The position numbers were made by a program, and so were the translations under genes. A stretch of 64,000 nucleotides of DNA from the human T2T-CHM13v2.0 reference genome, Homo sapiens. Below are positions 1 to 14,700 of the stretch, piece after piece. The stretch is from NCBI RefSeq assembly GCF_009914755.1, contig NC_060933.1. One strand, 5' to 3'. The notes beneath the pieces are model-generated. The model worked only from the letters and a program-made list of their open reading frames with translations, did no database searches and was not told where the DNA came from. Position 1 is the stretch's first letter, and the number at the start of each line of letters is the position of its first letter.

Positions 1-65
1 CGTTCCGAGTGGAATAGGAGGGAATGTATTCGAGTGGAATGGAAAGGAATGGAAACAACCAGAGT
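1..65 (+). repeat. Landmark variant module CGTTCCGAGTGGAATAGGAGGGAATGTATTCGAGTGG...CAACCAGAG (~25 copies in the window)
   Basis: Copies start at about 1, 3279, 5735, 9098, 11594, 20070, 21020, 22310, 24088, 24627, 28521, 29740, 31124, 34022, 35809, 37023, 38402, 41300, 49255, 52945, 54377, 58134, 58254, 62011 and 62146. It is the source of the recurring 'IVPSGIGGNVFE' pseudo-peptide. Confidence 0.9.
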
Positions 66-584
66 GGAATGGAAGGGAATGGAATGGAATGGAAACTAAT
101 AGAATGGAATCAACCCGAGTGGAATGGAATGGAAAGGACTGGAATGGAAAGGAATGGAATGGAATGGAATGGAATGGAATGGAATGGAATGGAATCAACG
201 CGAGTGCAGGGGAATGGAATAGAATCGAATGGAATGGAATGGAATGGAATGGAATCAACCCGAGTGCAGGGGAATGTAATGGAACGGAATGCAATGGAAT
301 GGAATCATCCGGAATGGAATGGAATGGAATGGAATGGAAACAACCCGAGTGCAATGGAATGGAGTGGAATGGAATGGAACGGAATGGAACAACCCGAATG
401 GAATGGAATGTAATGGAGAGTAAGGGAGTTGAAAAGAATCAATCCGAATGAAATGGAATGGAATGGAACGGAATGGAATGGAATGGAATGGAATGGAATG
501 GAATGGAATGGAATGCAATGGAATGGAATCAACCCGAGTACAATGGAATGGAATGGAATGGAATGGAATGGAATGCAATGGAAT

Positions 585-599
585 GGAATCTTCCGGAAT
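585..599. promoter_or_regulatory. Perfect three-unit heat-shock element GGAAT-CTTCC-GGAAT (first of ~39 copies)
   Basis: Matches nGAAn-nTTCn-nGAAn exactly. HSF1 binding to satellite III is established, but occupancy of this particular site is inferred. Confidence 0.6.
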
Positions 600-1910
600 G
601 GAATGGAATGGAATGGAATGGAATGGAATGGAATGCAATGGATTCAACTCGATGCAATGGAATGGAATAGAATGGAATGGAATGGAACGGAATGGAATTA
701 AACCGAATAGAATGGAATGGAATGGAATGGAACGGAACGGAACGGAAAGGAACGGAACGGAACGGAACGGAGTGGAATGGAATGGAATGGAATTGTATGG
801 AATGGAATGGAATGGTACGGAATAGAATGGAATGGAAAGAATTGGAATCGAATGGAATCGAATGGAATGGAATGGAATGGAATGGAATCAACCAGAGTGC
901 AGGGGAATGTAATGGAACGGAATGCAATGGAATGGAATCATCCGGAATGGAATGGAATGGAATGGAATGGAATGGAATGGAATGGAATCAACCCGAGTGC
1001 AATGGAATGGAGTTGAATGGAATGGAATGGAATGGAAGAACCCGAATGGAATGTAATGTAATGGAGAGTAAGGGAGTTGAATATAATCAATCCGAATGTA
1101 ATGGAATGGAACGGAATGGAATGGAATGGAATGGAACGGAATGGAATGGAATGCAATGGAATGGAATCAACCCGAGTACAATGGAACGGAATGGAATGGA
1201 ATGGAATGTAATGGAATGGAATGGAATGGAATGGAATGGAATGGAATCAACCCGAGTGCAATGGAATGAAGAGGAATGGAATGGAATGGAATGGAAACTA
1301 CCCGAATGGAATGGAATGTAATGGAGTGTAAAGGAATTGAATAGAATCAATCCGAATGCAATGGAATGGAATGGAATGGAACGGAATGGATTGGAATGGA
1401 ATGGAATCAACCCGAGTGCAGGGGAATGGAATGGAATGGAATGCAATGGAATGGAATCATCCGGAATGGAATGGAATGGAATGCAATGGAATGGAATGGA
1501 ATGGAATCAACCCAAGTACAATGGAATGGAGTGAAATGGAATGGAATGGAATGGAAACAACCAGAATGGATTGGAATATAATGGAGTGTAAGGGAATTGA
1601 ATAGAATCAGTCTGAATGTAATGAAATGGAATGGAACGGAATGGAATGGAATGGAATGCAATGGAATGGAATCAACCCGAGTGCAATCGAATGGAATCGA
1701 ATGGAATGGAATGCAATGGAATGGATTCAACTTGAATGGAATGGAATGAATGGAATCAACACGACTGGAATGGCATGGATTGGAATGGAATGGATTGGAA
1801 TCAACCCGAGTACAGGGGAATGGAATGGAATGGAATGCAATGGAATGGAATCATCCGTAATGGAATGGAAAGGAATGGAATGGAATGGAATGGAATGGAA
1901 TGGAATCAAC

Positions 1911-1924
1911 TCGATTGCAATCGA
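1911..1924. other. Perfect 14-bp palindrome TCGATTGCAATCGA (first of >30 copies)
   Basis: The sequence equals its own reverse complement and recurs in the fixed context CAAC-[palindrome]-ATGGAATGGAATGGAATTAA(C/A)CCGAATAG. Confidence 0.9.
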
Positions 1925-3059
1925 ATGGAATGGAATGGAATTAAACCGAATAGAATGGAATGGAATGGAATGGAACGGAACGGAACGGAATGGAATGGAA
2001 TGGAATGGAATGGAACGGAACGGAACGGAACGGAATGGAATGGAATGGAATGGAATGCAATCAACGCGAGTGCAGGGGAATGGAATGGAATGGAATGCAA
2101 TGGAATGGAATCATCCGGAATGGAATGGAATGGAATGGAATGGAATGGAATGGAATCAACTCGATTGCAATCGAATGGAATAGAATGGAATTAACCCGAA
2201 TAGAATGGAATGGAATGGAACGGAACGGAATGGAATGGAATGGAATGGAATGGAATGGAATGGAATGGAATCAACGTGAGTGCAGGGGAATGGAATGGAA
2301 TGGAATGCAATGGAATGGAATCTTCCGGAATGGAATGGAATGGAATGAAATGCAATGGATTCAACTCGATTGCAATGGAATGGAATAGAATGGAATGGAA
2401 TGGAATGGAATGGAATGGAATGGAATGGAATTAACCCGAATAGAATGCAATGGAATGGAATGGAACGGAATGGAACGGAATGGAATGGAATGGAATGGAA
2501 TGGAATGGAATGGAATGGTATGGAATGGAATGGAATGGTACGGAATAGAATGGAATGGAATGAATTGTAATGGAATGGAATTGAATGGAATGGAATGGAA
2601 TGGAATGGAATCAACGCGAGTGCAGGGGAATGTAATGGAACGGAATGCAATGGAATGGAATCATCCGGAATGGAATGGAATGGATTGGAATGGAATGGAA
2701 TCAACCCAAGTGCAATGGAATGGAGTGGAATGGAATGGAATGGAATGGAACAACCCGAATGGAATGGAATGTAATGGAGAGTAAGGGAGTTGAATAGAAT
2801 CAATCCGAATGTAATGGAATGGAAAGGAACGGAATGGAATGGAATGGAACAACCCGAATGGAATGGAATGTAATGGAGAGTAAGGGAGTTGAATAGAATC
2901 AATCCGAATGTAATGGAATGGAATGGAACGGAATGGAATTGAATGGAATGGAATGGAATGCAATGGAATGGAATCAACCCGAGTGCTATGGAATGGAGTG
3001 GAATGGAATGGAATGGAATGGAACAACCCGAATGGAATGGAATGTAATGGAGAGTAAGG

Positions 3060-5880
3060 GAGTTGAATAGAATCAATCCGAATGTAATGGAATGGAATGC
3101 AACGGAATGGAATGGAATGGAATGGAATGGAATGCAATGGAATGGAATCAACCCGAGTACAATGGAATGGAATGGAATGGAATGGAATGGAATGGAATGG
3201 AATGGAATGGAATGGAATGGAATGATACGGAATAGAATGGAATGGAATGGAATGGAATGGAATGGAATGGAATGGAATCGTTCCGAGTGGAATAGGAGGG
3301 AATGTATTCGAGTGGAATGGAAAGGAATGGAATCAACCAGAGTGGAATGGAAGGGAATGGAATGGAATGGAAACTAATAGAATGGAATCAACCCGAGTGG
3401 AATGGAATGGAAAGGACTGGAATGGAATGGAATGGAATGGAATCAACTCGATTGTAATGGAATGGAATGGAATGGAATGGAATGGAATTAACCCGAATAC
3501 AATGGAATGGAATGGAATGGAACGGAATGGAGTGGAATGGAATGGAATCAACCCGAGTGCAGGGGATTGGAATGGAATGGAATGTAATGGAATGGAATCA
3601 TCCGGAATGGAATGGAATGGAATGGAATGGAATCAACCCGACTGCAGGGGAATGGAATGGAATGGAATGCAATGGAATGGATTCAACTTGAATGGAATGG
3701 AAAGAATGGAATCAACACGAGTGCAATGGCATGGATTGGAATGGAATGGAATGGAATGGAATCAACCCGAGTACAGGGGAATGGAATGGAATGGAATGGA
3801 ATGGAATGGAATGGAATGGAATGGAATGGAATGGAATCAACTCGATTGCAATCGAATGGAATGGAATGGAATTAACCCGAATAGAATGGAAGGGAATGGA
3901 ATGGAACGGAACGGAACGGAATGGAATGGATTGGAATGGAATGGAATGGAAAGGAATGGAACGGAAAGGAATGGAATGGAATGGAATGGAATGGAATGGA
4001 ATGGAATGGAATAGAATGGAATCAACGCGAGTGCAGGGGAATGGAATGGAATGGAATGTAATGGAATGGAATCTTCCGGAATGGAATGGAATGGAATGGA
4101 ATGGAATGGAATGCAATGGAATAATCCCGAGTGCAATGGAATGGAGTGGAATGGAATGGAATGGAATGGAACAACCCGAATGCAATGGAATGTAATGGAG
4201 AGTAAGGGAGTTGAATAGAATCAATCCGAATGTAATGGAATGGAATGGAACGGAATGGAATTGAATGGAATGGAATGGAATGCAATGGAATGGAATCAAC
4301 CCGAGTGCAATGGAATGGAGAGGAATGGAATGGAATGGAATGGAATGGAAACTACCCGAATGGAATGGAATGTAATGGAGTGTAAGGGAATTGAATAGAA
4401 TCAATCCGAATGTAATGGAATGGAATGGAACGGAAGGGAATGGAATGGAATGGAATGGAATGCAATGGAATGGAATCAACCCGAGTGCAATCGAATGGAA
4501 TCGAATGGAATGGAATGCAATGGAATGGATTCAACTTGAATGGAATGGAAAGAATGGAATCAACACGAGTGGAATGGCATGGATTGGAATGGAATGGAAT
4601 GGAATCAACCCGAGTACAGAGGAATGGAATGGAATGGAATGCAATGGAATGGAATCATCCGTAATGGAATGGAAAGGAATGGAAGGGAATGGAATGGAAT
4701 GGAATGGAATGGAATGGAATCAACTCGATTGCAATCGAATGGAATGGAATGGAATTAACCCGAACAGAATGGAATGGAATGGAATGGAACGGAACGGAAT
4801 GGAATGGAATGGAATGGAATGGAATGGAATGGAATGGAACGGAACGGAACGGAAAGGAGCGGAATGGAATGGAATGGAATGGAATGGAATGGAATGGAAT
4901 GGAATCAACGCGAGTGCAGGGAAATGGAATGGAATGGAATGCAATGGAATGGAATCTTCCGGAATGGAATGGAATGGAATGGAATGGAATGAAATGCAAT
5001 GGATTCAACTCGATTGCAATGGAATGGAATAGAATGGAATGGAATGGAATGGAATTAACCCGAATAGAATGGAATGGAATGGAATGGAACGGAATGGAAC
5101 GGAATGGAATGGAATGGAATGGAATGCAATGGAATGGTATGGAATAGAATGGAATGGTACGGAATAGAATGGAATGGAACGAATTGTAATGGAATGGGAT
5201 TGAATGGAATGGAATGGAATGGAATGGAATCAACGCGAGTGCATTGGAATGTAATGGAACGGAATGCAATGGAATGGAATCATCCGGAATGGAATGGAAT
5301 GGAATGGAATGGAATGGAATGGAATCAACCTGAGTGCAATGGAATGGAGTGGAATGGAATGGAAAGGAATGGAACAACCCGAATGGAATGGAATGTAATG
5401 GAGAGTAAGGGAGTTGAATAGAATCAATCCGAATGTAATGGAATGGAATGCAACGGAATGGAATGGAATGGAATGGAATGGAATGCAATGGAATGGAATC
5501 AACCTGAGTACAATGGAATGCAATGGAATGGAATGGAATGGAATGGAATGGAATGGAATGGAATGGAATGCCTTCAAACCGAATGGAATGGAAAGGAGTG
5601 GAATCAACACGAGTGCAATGGAATGGAATGGAATGGAATGGAATGGAATGGAATGATACGGAATAGAATGGAATGGAACGAACTGGAATGGAATGGAATG
5701 GAATGGAATAGAATGGAATGGAATGGAATGGAATCGTTCCGAGTGGAATAGGAGGGAATGTATTCGAGTGGAAAGGAAAGGAATGGAGTCAACCAGAGTG
5801 GAATGGAAGGGAATGGAATGGAATGGAAACTAATAGAATGGAATCAACCCGAGTGGAATGGAATGGAAAGGACTGGAATG
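3060..5880 (+). repeat. ~2.8-kb block duplicated at ~5.86-kb offset (partner ~8860-11740)
   Basis: Shared rare variants in the same order: GGGGATTGG (~3562/9397), GGAATAATCCCGAG (~4118/9982), GTACAGAGG (~4614/10473), CCCGAACAGA (~4759/10613), GAGTGCATTGG, AACCTGAGTAC, GCCTTCAAACC (~5570/11434), GGAAAGGAGTGG. Confidence 0.88.
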
Positions 5881-8859
5881 GAATGGAATGGAATGGAATC
5901 AACTCGATTGTAATGGAATGGAATGGAATGCAATGGAATGCAATGGAATGGAATCAACACGAGCGCAGGGGAATGGAATGGAATCGAATGGAATGGAATG
6001 GAATGGAATGGAATCAACCCGAGTGTAGGGGAATGTAATGGAACGGAATGCAATGGAATGGAATCATCCGGAATGGAATGGAATGGAATGGAATGGAATC
6101 AACCCGAGTGCAATGGAATGGAGTGGAGTGGAATGGAATGGAATGGAACAACCCGAATGGAATGGAATGGAATGGAGAGTAAGGGAGTTGAAAAGAATCA
6201 ATCCGAATGTAATGGAATGGAATGGAACGGAATGGAATGGAATGGAATGGAATGGAATGGAATGGAATGGAATCAACCCGAGTGCAATGGAATGGAGTGG
6301 AATGGAATGGAATGGAATGGAATGGAACAACCCGAATGGAATGGAATGTAATGGAGAGTAAGGGAGTTGAATAGAATCAATCCGAATGTAATGGAATGGA
6401 ACGGAATGGAATGGAATGGAATGGAATGGAATGGAATGGAATGGAATGGAATGCAATGGAATGGAATCAACCCGAGTACAATGGAACGGAATGGAATGGA
6501 ATGGAATGGAATGGAATGGAATGGAATGGAATGGAATGGAATGGAATCAACCCGAGTGCAATGGAATGGAGAGGAATGGAATGGAATGGATTGGAAACTA
6601 CCCGAATGGAATGGAATGTAATGGAGTGTAAGGGAATTGAATAGAATCAATCCGAATGGAATGGAATGGAACAGAATGTAATGTAATGGAATGGAATGGA
6701 ATCAACCCGAGTGCAGGGGAATGGAATGGAATGGAATGCAATGGAATGGAATCATCCGGAATGGAATGGAATGGAATGCAATGGAATGGAATGGAATGGA
6801 ATCAACCCGAGTGCATTGGAATGTAAAGGAATGGAATGGAATGGAATGGAATGGAATGGAATGGAATGGAACGGAATCAACGCGAGTGCAGGGGAATGGA
6901 ATGTAATGGAATGCAATGGAATGGAATCTTCCGGAATGGAATGGAATGGAATGGAATAAACCCGAGTGCAATGGAATGGAGTGGAATGGAATGGAATGGA
7001 ATGGAACAACCCGAATGGAATGGAATGTAATGGAGAGTAAGGCAGTTGAATAGAATCAATCCGAATTTAATGGAATGGAAGGGAATGGAATGGAATGCAA
7101 TGGAATGGAATCAACCCGAGTGCAATCGAATGGAATCGAATGGAATGGAATGCAATGGAATGGATTCAACTTGAATGGAATGGAAAGAATGGAATCAACA
7201 CGAGTGGAATGGGATGGATTGGAATGGAATGGAATGGAATCAACCCGATTACAGTGGAATGGAATGGAATGGAATGCAATGGAATGCAATCATCCGTAAT
7301 GGAATGGAAAGGAATGGAATGGAATGGAATGGAATGGAATGGAATGGAATCAACTCGATTGCAATCGAATGGAATGGAATGGAATTAACCCGAATAGAAT
7401 GGAATGGAATGGAATGGAACGGAAAGGAATGGAATGGAATGGAATGGAATGGAACGGAAAGGAAGGGAATGGAATGGAATAGAATGGAATGGAATGGAAT
7501 CAACGCGAGTGCAGGGGAATGGAATGGAATGGAATGCAATGGAATGGAATCTTCCGGAATGGAATGGAATGGAATGGAATGGAATGGAATGGAATGGAAT
7601 CAACCCAAGTGCAATGGAATGGAGTGGAATGGAATGGAAAGGAATGGAACAACCCGCATGGAATGGAATGTAATGGAGAGTAAGGGAGTTGAATAGAATC
7701 AATCCGAATGTAATGGAATGGAATGGAACGGAATGGAATTGAATGAAATGGAATGGAATGCAATGGAATGGAATCAACCCGAGTGCAATGGAATGGAGAG
7801 GAATGGAATGGAATGGAATGGAAACTACGCGAATGGAATGGAATGTAATGGAGTGTAAGGGAATTGAATAGAATCAATCCGAATGTAATGGAATGGAATG
7901 GAACGGAATGGAATGGAATGGAATGGAATGGAATGGAATGCAATGGAATGGAATGAACCCGAGTGCAATCGAATGGAATCGAATGGAATGGAATGCAATG
8001 GAATGGATTCAACTTGAATGGAATGGAAAGAATGGAATCAACACGAGTGGAATGGCATGGATTGGAATGGAATGGAATGGAATCAACCCGAGTACAGGGG
8101 AATGGAATGGAATGGAATGCAATGGAATGGAATCATCCGTAATGGAATGGAAAGGAATGGAATGGAATGGAATGGAATGGAATGGAATGGAATGGAATCA
8201 ACTCGATTGCAATCGAATGGAATGGAATGGAATTAACCCGAATAGAATGGAATGCAATGGAATGGAACGGAACGGAATGGAATGGAATGGAATGGAACGG
8301 AACGGAACGGAATGGAATGGAATGGAATGGAATGGAATGGAATCAAGGCGACTGCAGGGGAATGGAATGGAATGGAATGCAATGGAATGGAATCTTCCGG
8401 AATGGAATGGAATGGAATGGAATGGAATGGAATGGAATGAAATGCAATGGATTCAACTCGATTGCAAAGGAATGGAATAGAATGGAATGGAATGGAATGG
8501 AATGGAATTAATCCGAATAGAATGGAATGGAATGGAATGGAACGGAATGGAACGGAATGGAATGGAATGGAATGGAATGGAATGGAATGGTATGGAATGG
8601 AATGGAATGGTACGGAATAGAATGGAATGGAACGAATTGTAATGGAATGGAATTGAGTGGAATGGAATGGAATGGAATGGAATCAACGCGAGAGCAGGTG
8701 AATGTAATGGAACTGAATGCAATGGAATGGAATCATCCGGAATGGAATGGAATGGAATGGAATGGAATGGAAGAAACCCGAGTGCAATGGAATGCAGTGG
8801 AATGGAATGGAATGGAATGGAACAACCCGAATGGAATGGAATGTAATGCAGAGTAAGGG

Positions 8860-11740
8860 AGTTGAATAGAATCAATCCGAATGTAATGGAATGGAATGCA
8901 ACGGAATGGAATGGAATGGAATGGAATGGAATGCAATGGAATGGAATCAACCCGAGTACAATGGAATGGAATGGAATGGAATGGAATGGAATGGAATGGA
9001 ATGGAATGGAATGGAATGATACGGAATAGAATGGAATGGAACGAAATGGAATGGAATGGAATGTAATGGAATGGAATGGAATGGAATGGAATGGAATCAT
9101 TCCGAGTGGAATAGGAGGGAATGTATTCGAGTGGAATGGAAAGGAATGGAATCAACCAGAGTGGAATGGAAGGGAATGGAATGGAATGGAAACTAATAGA
9201 ATGGAATCAACCCGAGTGGAATGGAATGGAAAGGACTGGAATGGAATGGAATGGAATGGAATCAACTCGATTGTAATGGAATGGAATGGAATGGAATGGA
9301 ATGGAATGGAATGGAATGGAATTAACCCGAATACAATGGAATGGAATGGAATGGAACGGAATGGAGTGGAATGGAATGGAATCAACCCGAGTGAAGGGGA
9401 TTGGAATGGAATGGAAATCAATGGAATGGAATCATCCGGAATGGAATGGAATGGAATGGAATGGAATCAACCCGACTGCAGGGGAATGGAATGGAATGGA
9501 ATCCAATGGAATGGATTCAACTTGAATGGAATGGAAAGAATGGAATCAACACGAGTGGAATGGCATGGATTGGAATGGAATGGAATGGAATGGAATCAAC
9601 CCGACTACAGGGGAATGGAATGGAATGGAATGCAATGGAATGGAATCATCCGAAATGGAATGGAAAGGAATGGAATGGAATGGAATGGAATGGAATGGAA
9701 TGGAATCAACTCGATTGCAATCGAATGGAATGGAATGGAATTAACCCGAATAGAATGGAAGGGAATGGAATGGAACGGAACGGAACGGAATGGAATGGAT
9801 TGGAATGGAATGGAATGGAAAGGAATGGAACGGAAAGGAATGGAATGGAATGAAATGGAATGGAATGGAATGGAATAGAATGGAATCAACGCGAGTGCAG
9901 GGGAATGGAATGGAATGGAATGCAATGGAATGGAATCTTCCGGAATGGAATGGAATGGAATGGAATTGAATGGAATGCAATGGAATAATCCCGAGTGCAA
10001 TGGAATGGAGTGGAATGGAATGGAATGGAATGGAACAACCCGAATGGAATGGAATGTAATGGAGAGTAAAGGAGTTGAATAGAATCAATCCGAATGTAAT
10101 GGAATGGAATGGAACGGAATGGAATTGAATGGAATGGAATGGAATGCAATGGAATGGAATCAACCCGAGTGCAATGGAATGGAGAGGAATGGAATGGAAT
10201 GGAATGGAAACTACCCGAATGGAATGGAATGTAATGGAGTGTAAGGGAATTGAATAGAATCAATCCGAATGTAATGGAATGGAATGGAACGGAATGGAAT
10301 GGAATGGAATGGAATGGAATGCAATGGAATGGAATCAACCCGAGTGCAATCGAATGGAATCGAATGGAATGGAATGCAATGGAATGGATTCAACTTGAAT
10401 GGAATGGAAAGAATGGAATCAACACGAGTGGAATGGCATGGATTGGAATGGAATGGAATGGAATCAACCCGAGTACAGAGGAATGGAATGGAATGGAATG
10501 CAATGGAATGGAATCATCCGTAATGGAATGGAAAGGAATGGAATGGAATGGAATGGAATGGAATGGAATGGAATCAACTCGATTGCAATCGAATGGAATG
10601 GAATGGAATTAACCCGAACAGAATGGAATGGAATGGAATGGAACGGAACGGAATGGAATGGAATGGAATGGAATGGAATGGAATGGAATGGAACGGAACG
10701 GAACGGAACGGAAAGGAAAGGAATGGAATGGAATGGAATGGAATGGAATGGAATGGAATGGAATGGAATCAACGCGAGTGCAGGGGAATGGAATGGAATG
10801 GAATGCAATGGAATGGAGTCTTCCGGAATGGAATGGAATGGAATGGAATGGAATGGAATGGAATGAAATGCCATGGATTCAACTCGATTGCAATGGAATG
10901 GAATAGAATGGAATGGAATGGAATGGAATTAACCCGAATAGAATGGAATGGAATGGAATGGAACGGAATGGAACGGAATGGAATGGAATGGAATGGAATG
11001 CAATGGAATGGTATGGAATGGAATGGAATGGTACGGAATAGAATGGAATGGAACGAATTGTAATGGAATGGAATTGAATGGAATGGAATGGAATGGAATG
11101 GAATCAACGCGAGTGCATTGGAATGTAACGGAACGGAATGCAATGGAATGGATTCATCCGGAATGGAATGGAATGGAATGGAATGGAATCAAACCGAGTG
11201 CAATGGAATGGAGTGGAATGGAATGGAATGGAATGGAACAACCCTAATGGAATGGAATGTAATGGAGAGTAAGGGAGTTGAATAGAATCAATCCGAATGC
11301 AATGGAATGGAATGCAACGGAATGGAATGGAATGGAATGGAATGGAATGGAATGGAATGGAATGCAATGGAATGGAATCAACCTGAGTACAATGGAAAGT
11401 AATGGAATGGAATGGAATGGAATGGAATGGAATGCCTTCAAACCGAATGGAATGGAAAGGAGTGGAATCAACACGAGTGGAATGGAATGGAATGGAATGG
11501 AATGGAATGGAATCATACGGAATAGAATGGAATGGAACGAAATGGAATGGAATGGAATGGAATGGAATAGAATGGAATGGAATGGAATGGAATCGTTCCG
11601 AGTGGAATAGGAGGGAATGTATTCGAGTGGAAAGGAAAGGAATGGAATCAACCAGAGTGGAATGGAAGGGAATGGAATGGAATGGAAACTAATAGAATGG
11701 AATCAACCCGAGTGGAATGGAATGGAAAGGACTGGAATGG
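8860..11740 (+). repeat. Partner of the 3060-5880 block
   Basis: Same shared variants as above. ORFs 4391/10250 and 4425/10284 are near-identical at offset 5859. Confidence 0.88.
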
Positions 11741-14700
11741 AAAGGAATGGAATGGAATGGAATGGAATGGAATGGAATGGAATGGAATCAACACGAGTGC
11801 AGGGGAATGGAATGGAATCGAATGGAATGGAATGGAATGGAATGGAATCAACCCGAGTGCAGGGGAATGTAATGGAACGGAATGCAATGGAATGGAATCA
11901 TCCGGAATGGAATGGAATGGAATCAACCCGAGTGCAATGGAATGGAGTGGAATGGAATGGAATGGAATGGAACAACCCGAATGGAATGGAATGTAATGGA
12001 GAGTAAGGGAGTTGAAAAGAATCAATCCGAATGTAATGGAATGGAATGGAACGGAATGGAATGGAATGGAATGGAATGGAATGGAATGGAATGCAATGGA
12101 ATGGAATAAACCCGAGTACAATGGAATGGAATGGAATGGAATGGAACGGAATGGAATGGAATGGAATGCAATGGAATGGAATCTTCCGGAATGGAATGGA
12201 ATGGAATGGAATGGAATGGAATGGAATGCAATGGATTCAACTCGATTGCAATGGAATGGAATAGAATGGAATGGAATGGAATGGAATGGAATTAAACCGA
12301 ATAGAATGGAATGGAATGGAATGGAACGGAATGGAACGGAACGGAACGGAACGGAGTGGAATGGAATGGAATGGAATTGTATGGAGTGGAATGGAATGGT
12401 ATGGAATAGAATGGAATGGAATGAATTGGAATGGAATAGAATCGAATGGAATGGAATGGAATGGAATGGAATCAACCCGAGTGCAGGGGACTGTAATGGA
12501 ACGGAATGCAATGGAATGGAATCATCCGGAATGGAATGGAATGGAATGGAATGGTATGGAATGGAATGGAATCAACCCGAGTGCAATGGAATGGAGTGGA
12601 ATGGAATGGAATGGAATGGAACAACCCGAATGGAATGGAATGTAATGGAGAGTAAGGGAGTTGAATAGAATCAATCCGAATGTAATGGAATGGAACGGAA
12701 TAGAATGGAATGGAATGGAATGGAATGGAATGGAATGGAATGGAATGGAATGCAATGGAATGGAATCAACCCGAGTACAATGGAACGGAATGTAATGTAA
12801 TGTAATGGAATGGAATGGAATGGAATGGAATGGAATGGAATGGAATCAACCCGAGAGCAGGGGAATGGAGTGAAATGGAATGGAATGGAATGGAAACTAC
12901 CCGAATGGAATGTAATGTAATGGAGTGTAAGGGAATTGAATAGAATCAATCCTAATGGAATGGAATGGAATGGAATGGAATGGAATGGAATCAACCCGAG
13001 TGCAGGGGAATGGAATGGAATGGAATGCAATGGAATGGAATCTTCCGGAATGGAATGGAATGGAATGGAATGGAATCAACCCGAGTGAAATGGAATGGAG
13101 TGGAATGGAATGGAATGGAATGGAACAACCCGAATGGAATGGAATGTAATGGAGAGTAAGGGAGTTGAAAAGAATCAATCCGAATGTAATGTAATGGAAT
13201 GGAACGGAACGGAATGGAATGGAATGGAATGGAATGGAATGGAATGGAATGGAATGCAATGGAATGGAATCAACCCGAGTGCAATCGAATGGAATCGAAT
13301 GGAATGGAATGCAATGGAATGGATTCAACTTGAATGGAATGGAAAGAATGGAATCAACACGAGTGGAATGGCATGGATTGGAATGGAATGGATTGGAATC
13401 AACCCGAGTAAAGGGGAATGGAATGGAATGGAATGCAATGGAATGGAATCATCCTTAATGGAATGGAAAGGAATGGAATGGAATGGAATGGAATGGAATG
13501 GAATGGAATGGAATCAACTCGATTACAATCTAATGGAATGGAATGGAATTAACCCGAATAGAATGGAATGGAATTTAATGGAACGGAACGGAATGGAATG
13601 GAATGGAATGGAATGGAATGGAACGGAACGGAACGGAACGGAATGGAATGGAATGGAATGGAATGGAATGGAATCAACGCGAGTGCAGGAGAATGGAATG
13701 GAATGGAATGCAATGGAATGGAAACTTCCGGAATGGAATGTCATGGAATGGAATGGAATGAAATGCAATGGATTCAACTCGATTGCAATGGAATGGAATA
13801 GAATGGAATGGAATGGAATGGAATGGAATGGAATTAACCCGAATAGAATTGAATGGAATGGAATGGAAAGGAATGGAACAGAATGGAATGGAATGGAATG
13901 GAATGGAATGGAATGGTATGGAATGGAATGGAATGGTACGGAATAGAATCGAATGGAATGAATTGTAATGGAATGGAATTGAACGGAATGGAATGGAATG
14001 GAATAGAATCAACGCGAGTGCAGGGGAATGTAATGGAACGGAATGCAATGGAATGGAATCATCCGTAAAGGAATGGAAAGGAATGGAATGGAATGGAATG
14101 GAATGGATTGGAAAGGAATCAACTCGATTGCAATCGAATGGAATGGAATGGAATTAACCCGAATAGAATGGAATGGAATGGAATGGAATGGAACGGAACG
14201 GAATGGAATGGATTGGAATGGAATGGAATGGAATGGAATGGAATGGAATGGAACGGAAAGGAATGGAATGGAATGGAATGCAATGGAATGGAATATTCCG
14301 GAATGGAATGGAATGGAATGCAATGGAATGGAATGGAATGGAATGAACCCGAGTGCAATGGAATGGAGTGGAATGGAATGGAATGGAATGGAACAACCCG
14401 AATGGAATGGAATGTAATGGAGAGTAAGGGAGTTGAATAGAATCAATCCGAATGTAATGGAATGGAATGGAAGGGAATGGAATAAAATGGAATGGAATGG
14501 AATGGAATGGAATGCAATGGAATGGAATCAACCCGAGTGCAAACGAATGGAATCGAATGGAATGGAATGCAATGGAATGGACTCAACTTGAATGGAATGG
14601 AAAGAATGGAATCAACACGAGTGGAATGGCATGGATTAGAATAGAATGGAATGGAATCAATCCGAGTACATGGGAATGGAATGGAATGGAATGCAATGGA

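Noticed and set aside
1-40. GGAGG (Shine-Dalgarno-like) before ATG in ATAGGAGGGAATG
   Set aside because: It is a chance product of pentamer variants in eukaryotic satellite, and the downstream ORF is repeat-derived.
200-215. G-quadruplex at GCAGGGG motifs
   Set aside because: The G4 runs are isolated, with no cluster of four G3+ tracts with short loops.
1335-1352. ATTGAATAGAATCAAT as a hairpin/terminator or DUX4 site
   Set aside because: The stem is only 5 AT-rich bp with no U-tract, and it has about three mismatches to the DUX4 TAATCTAATCA consensus.
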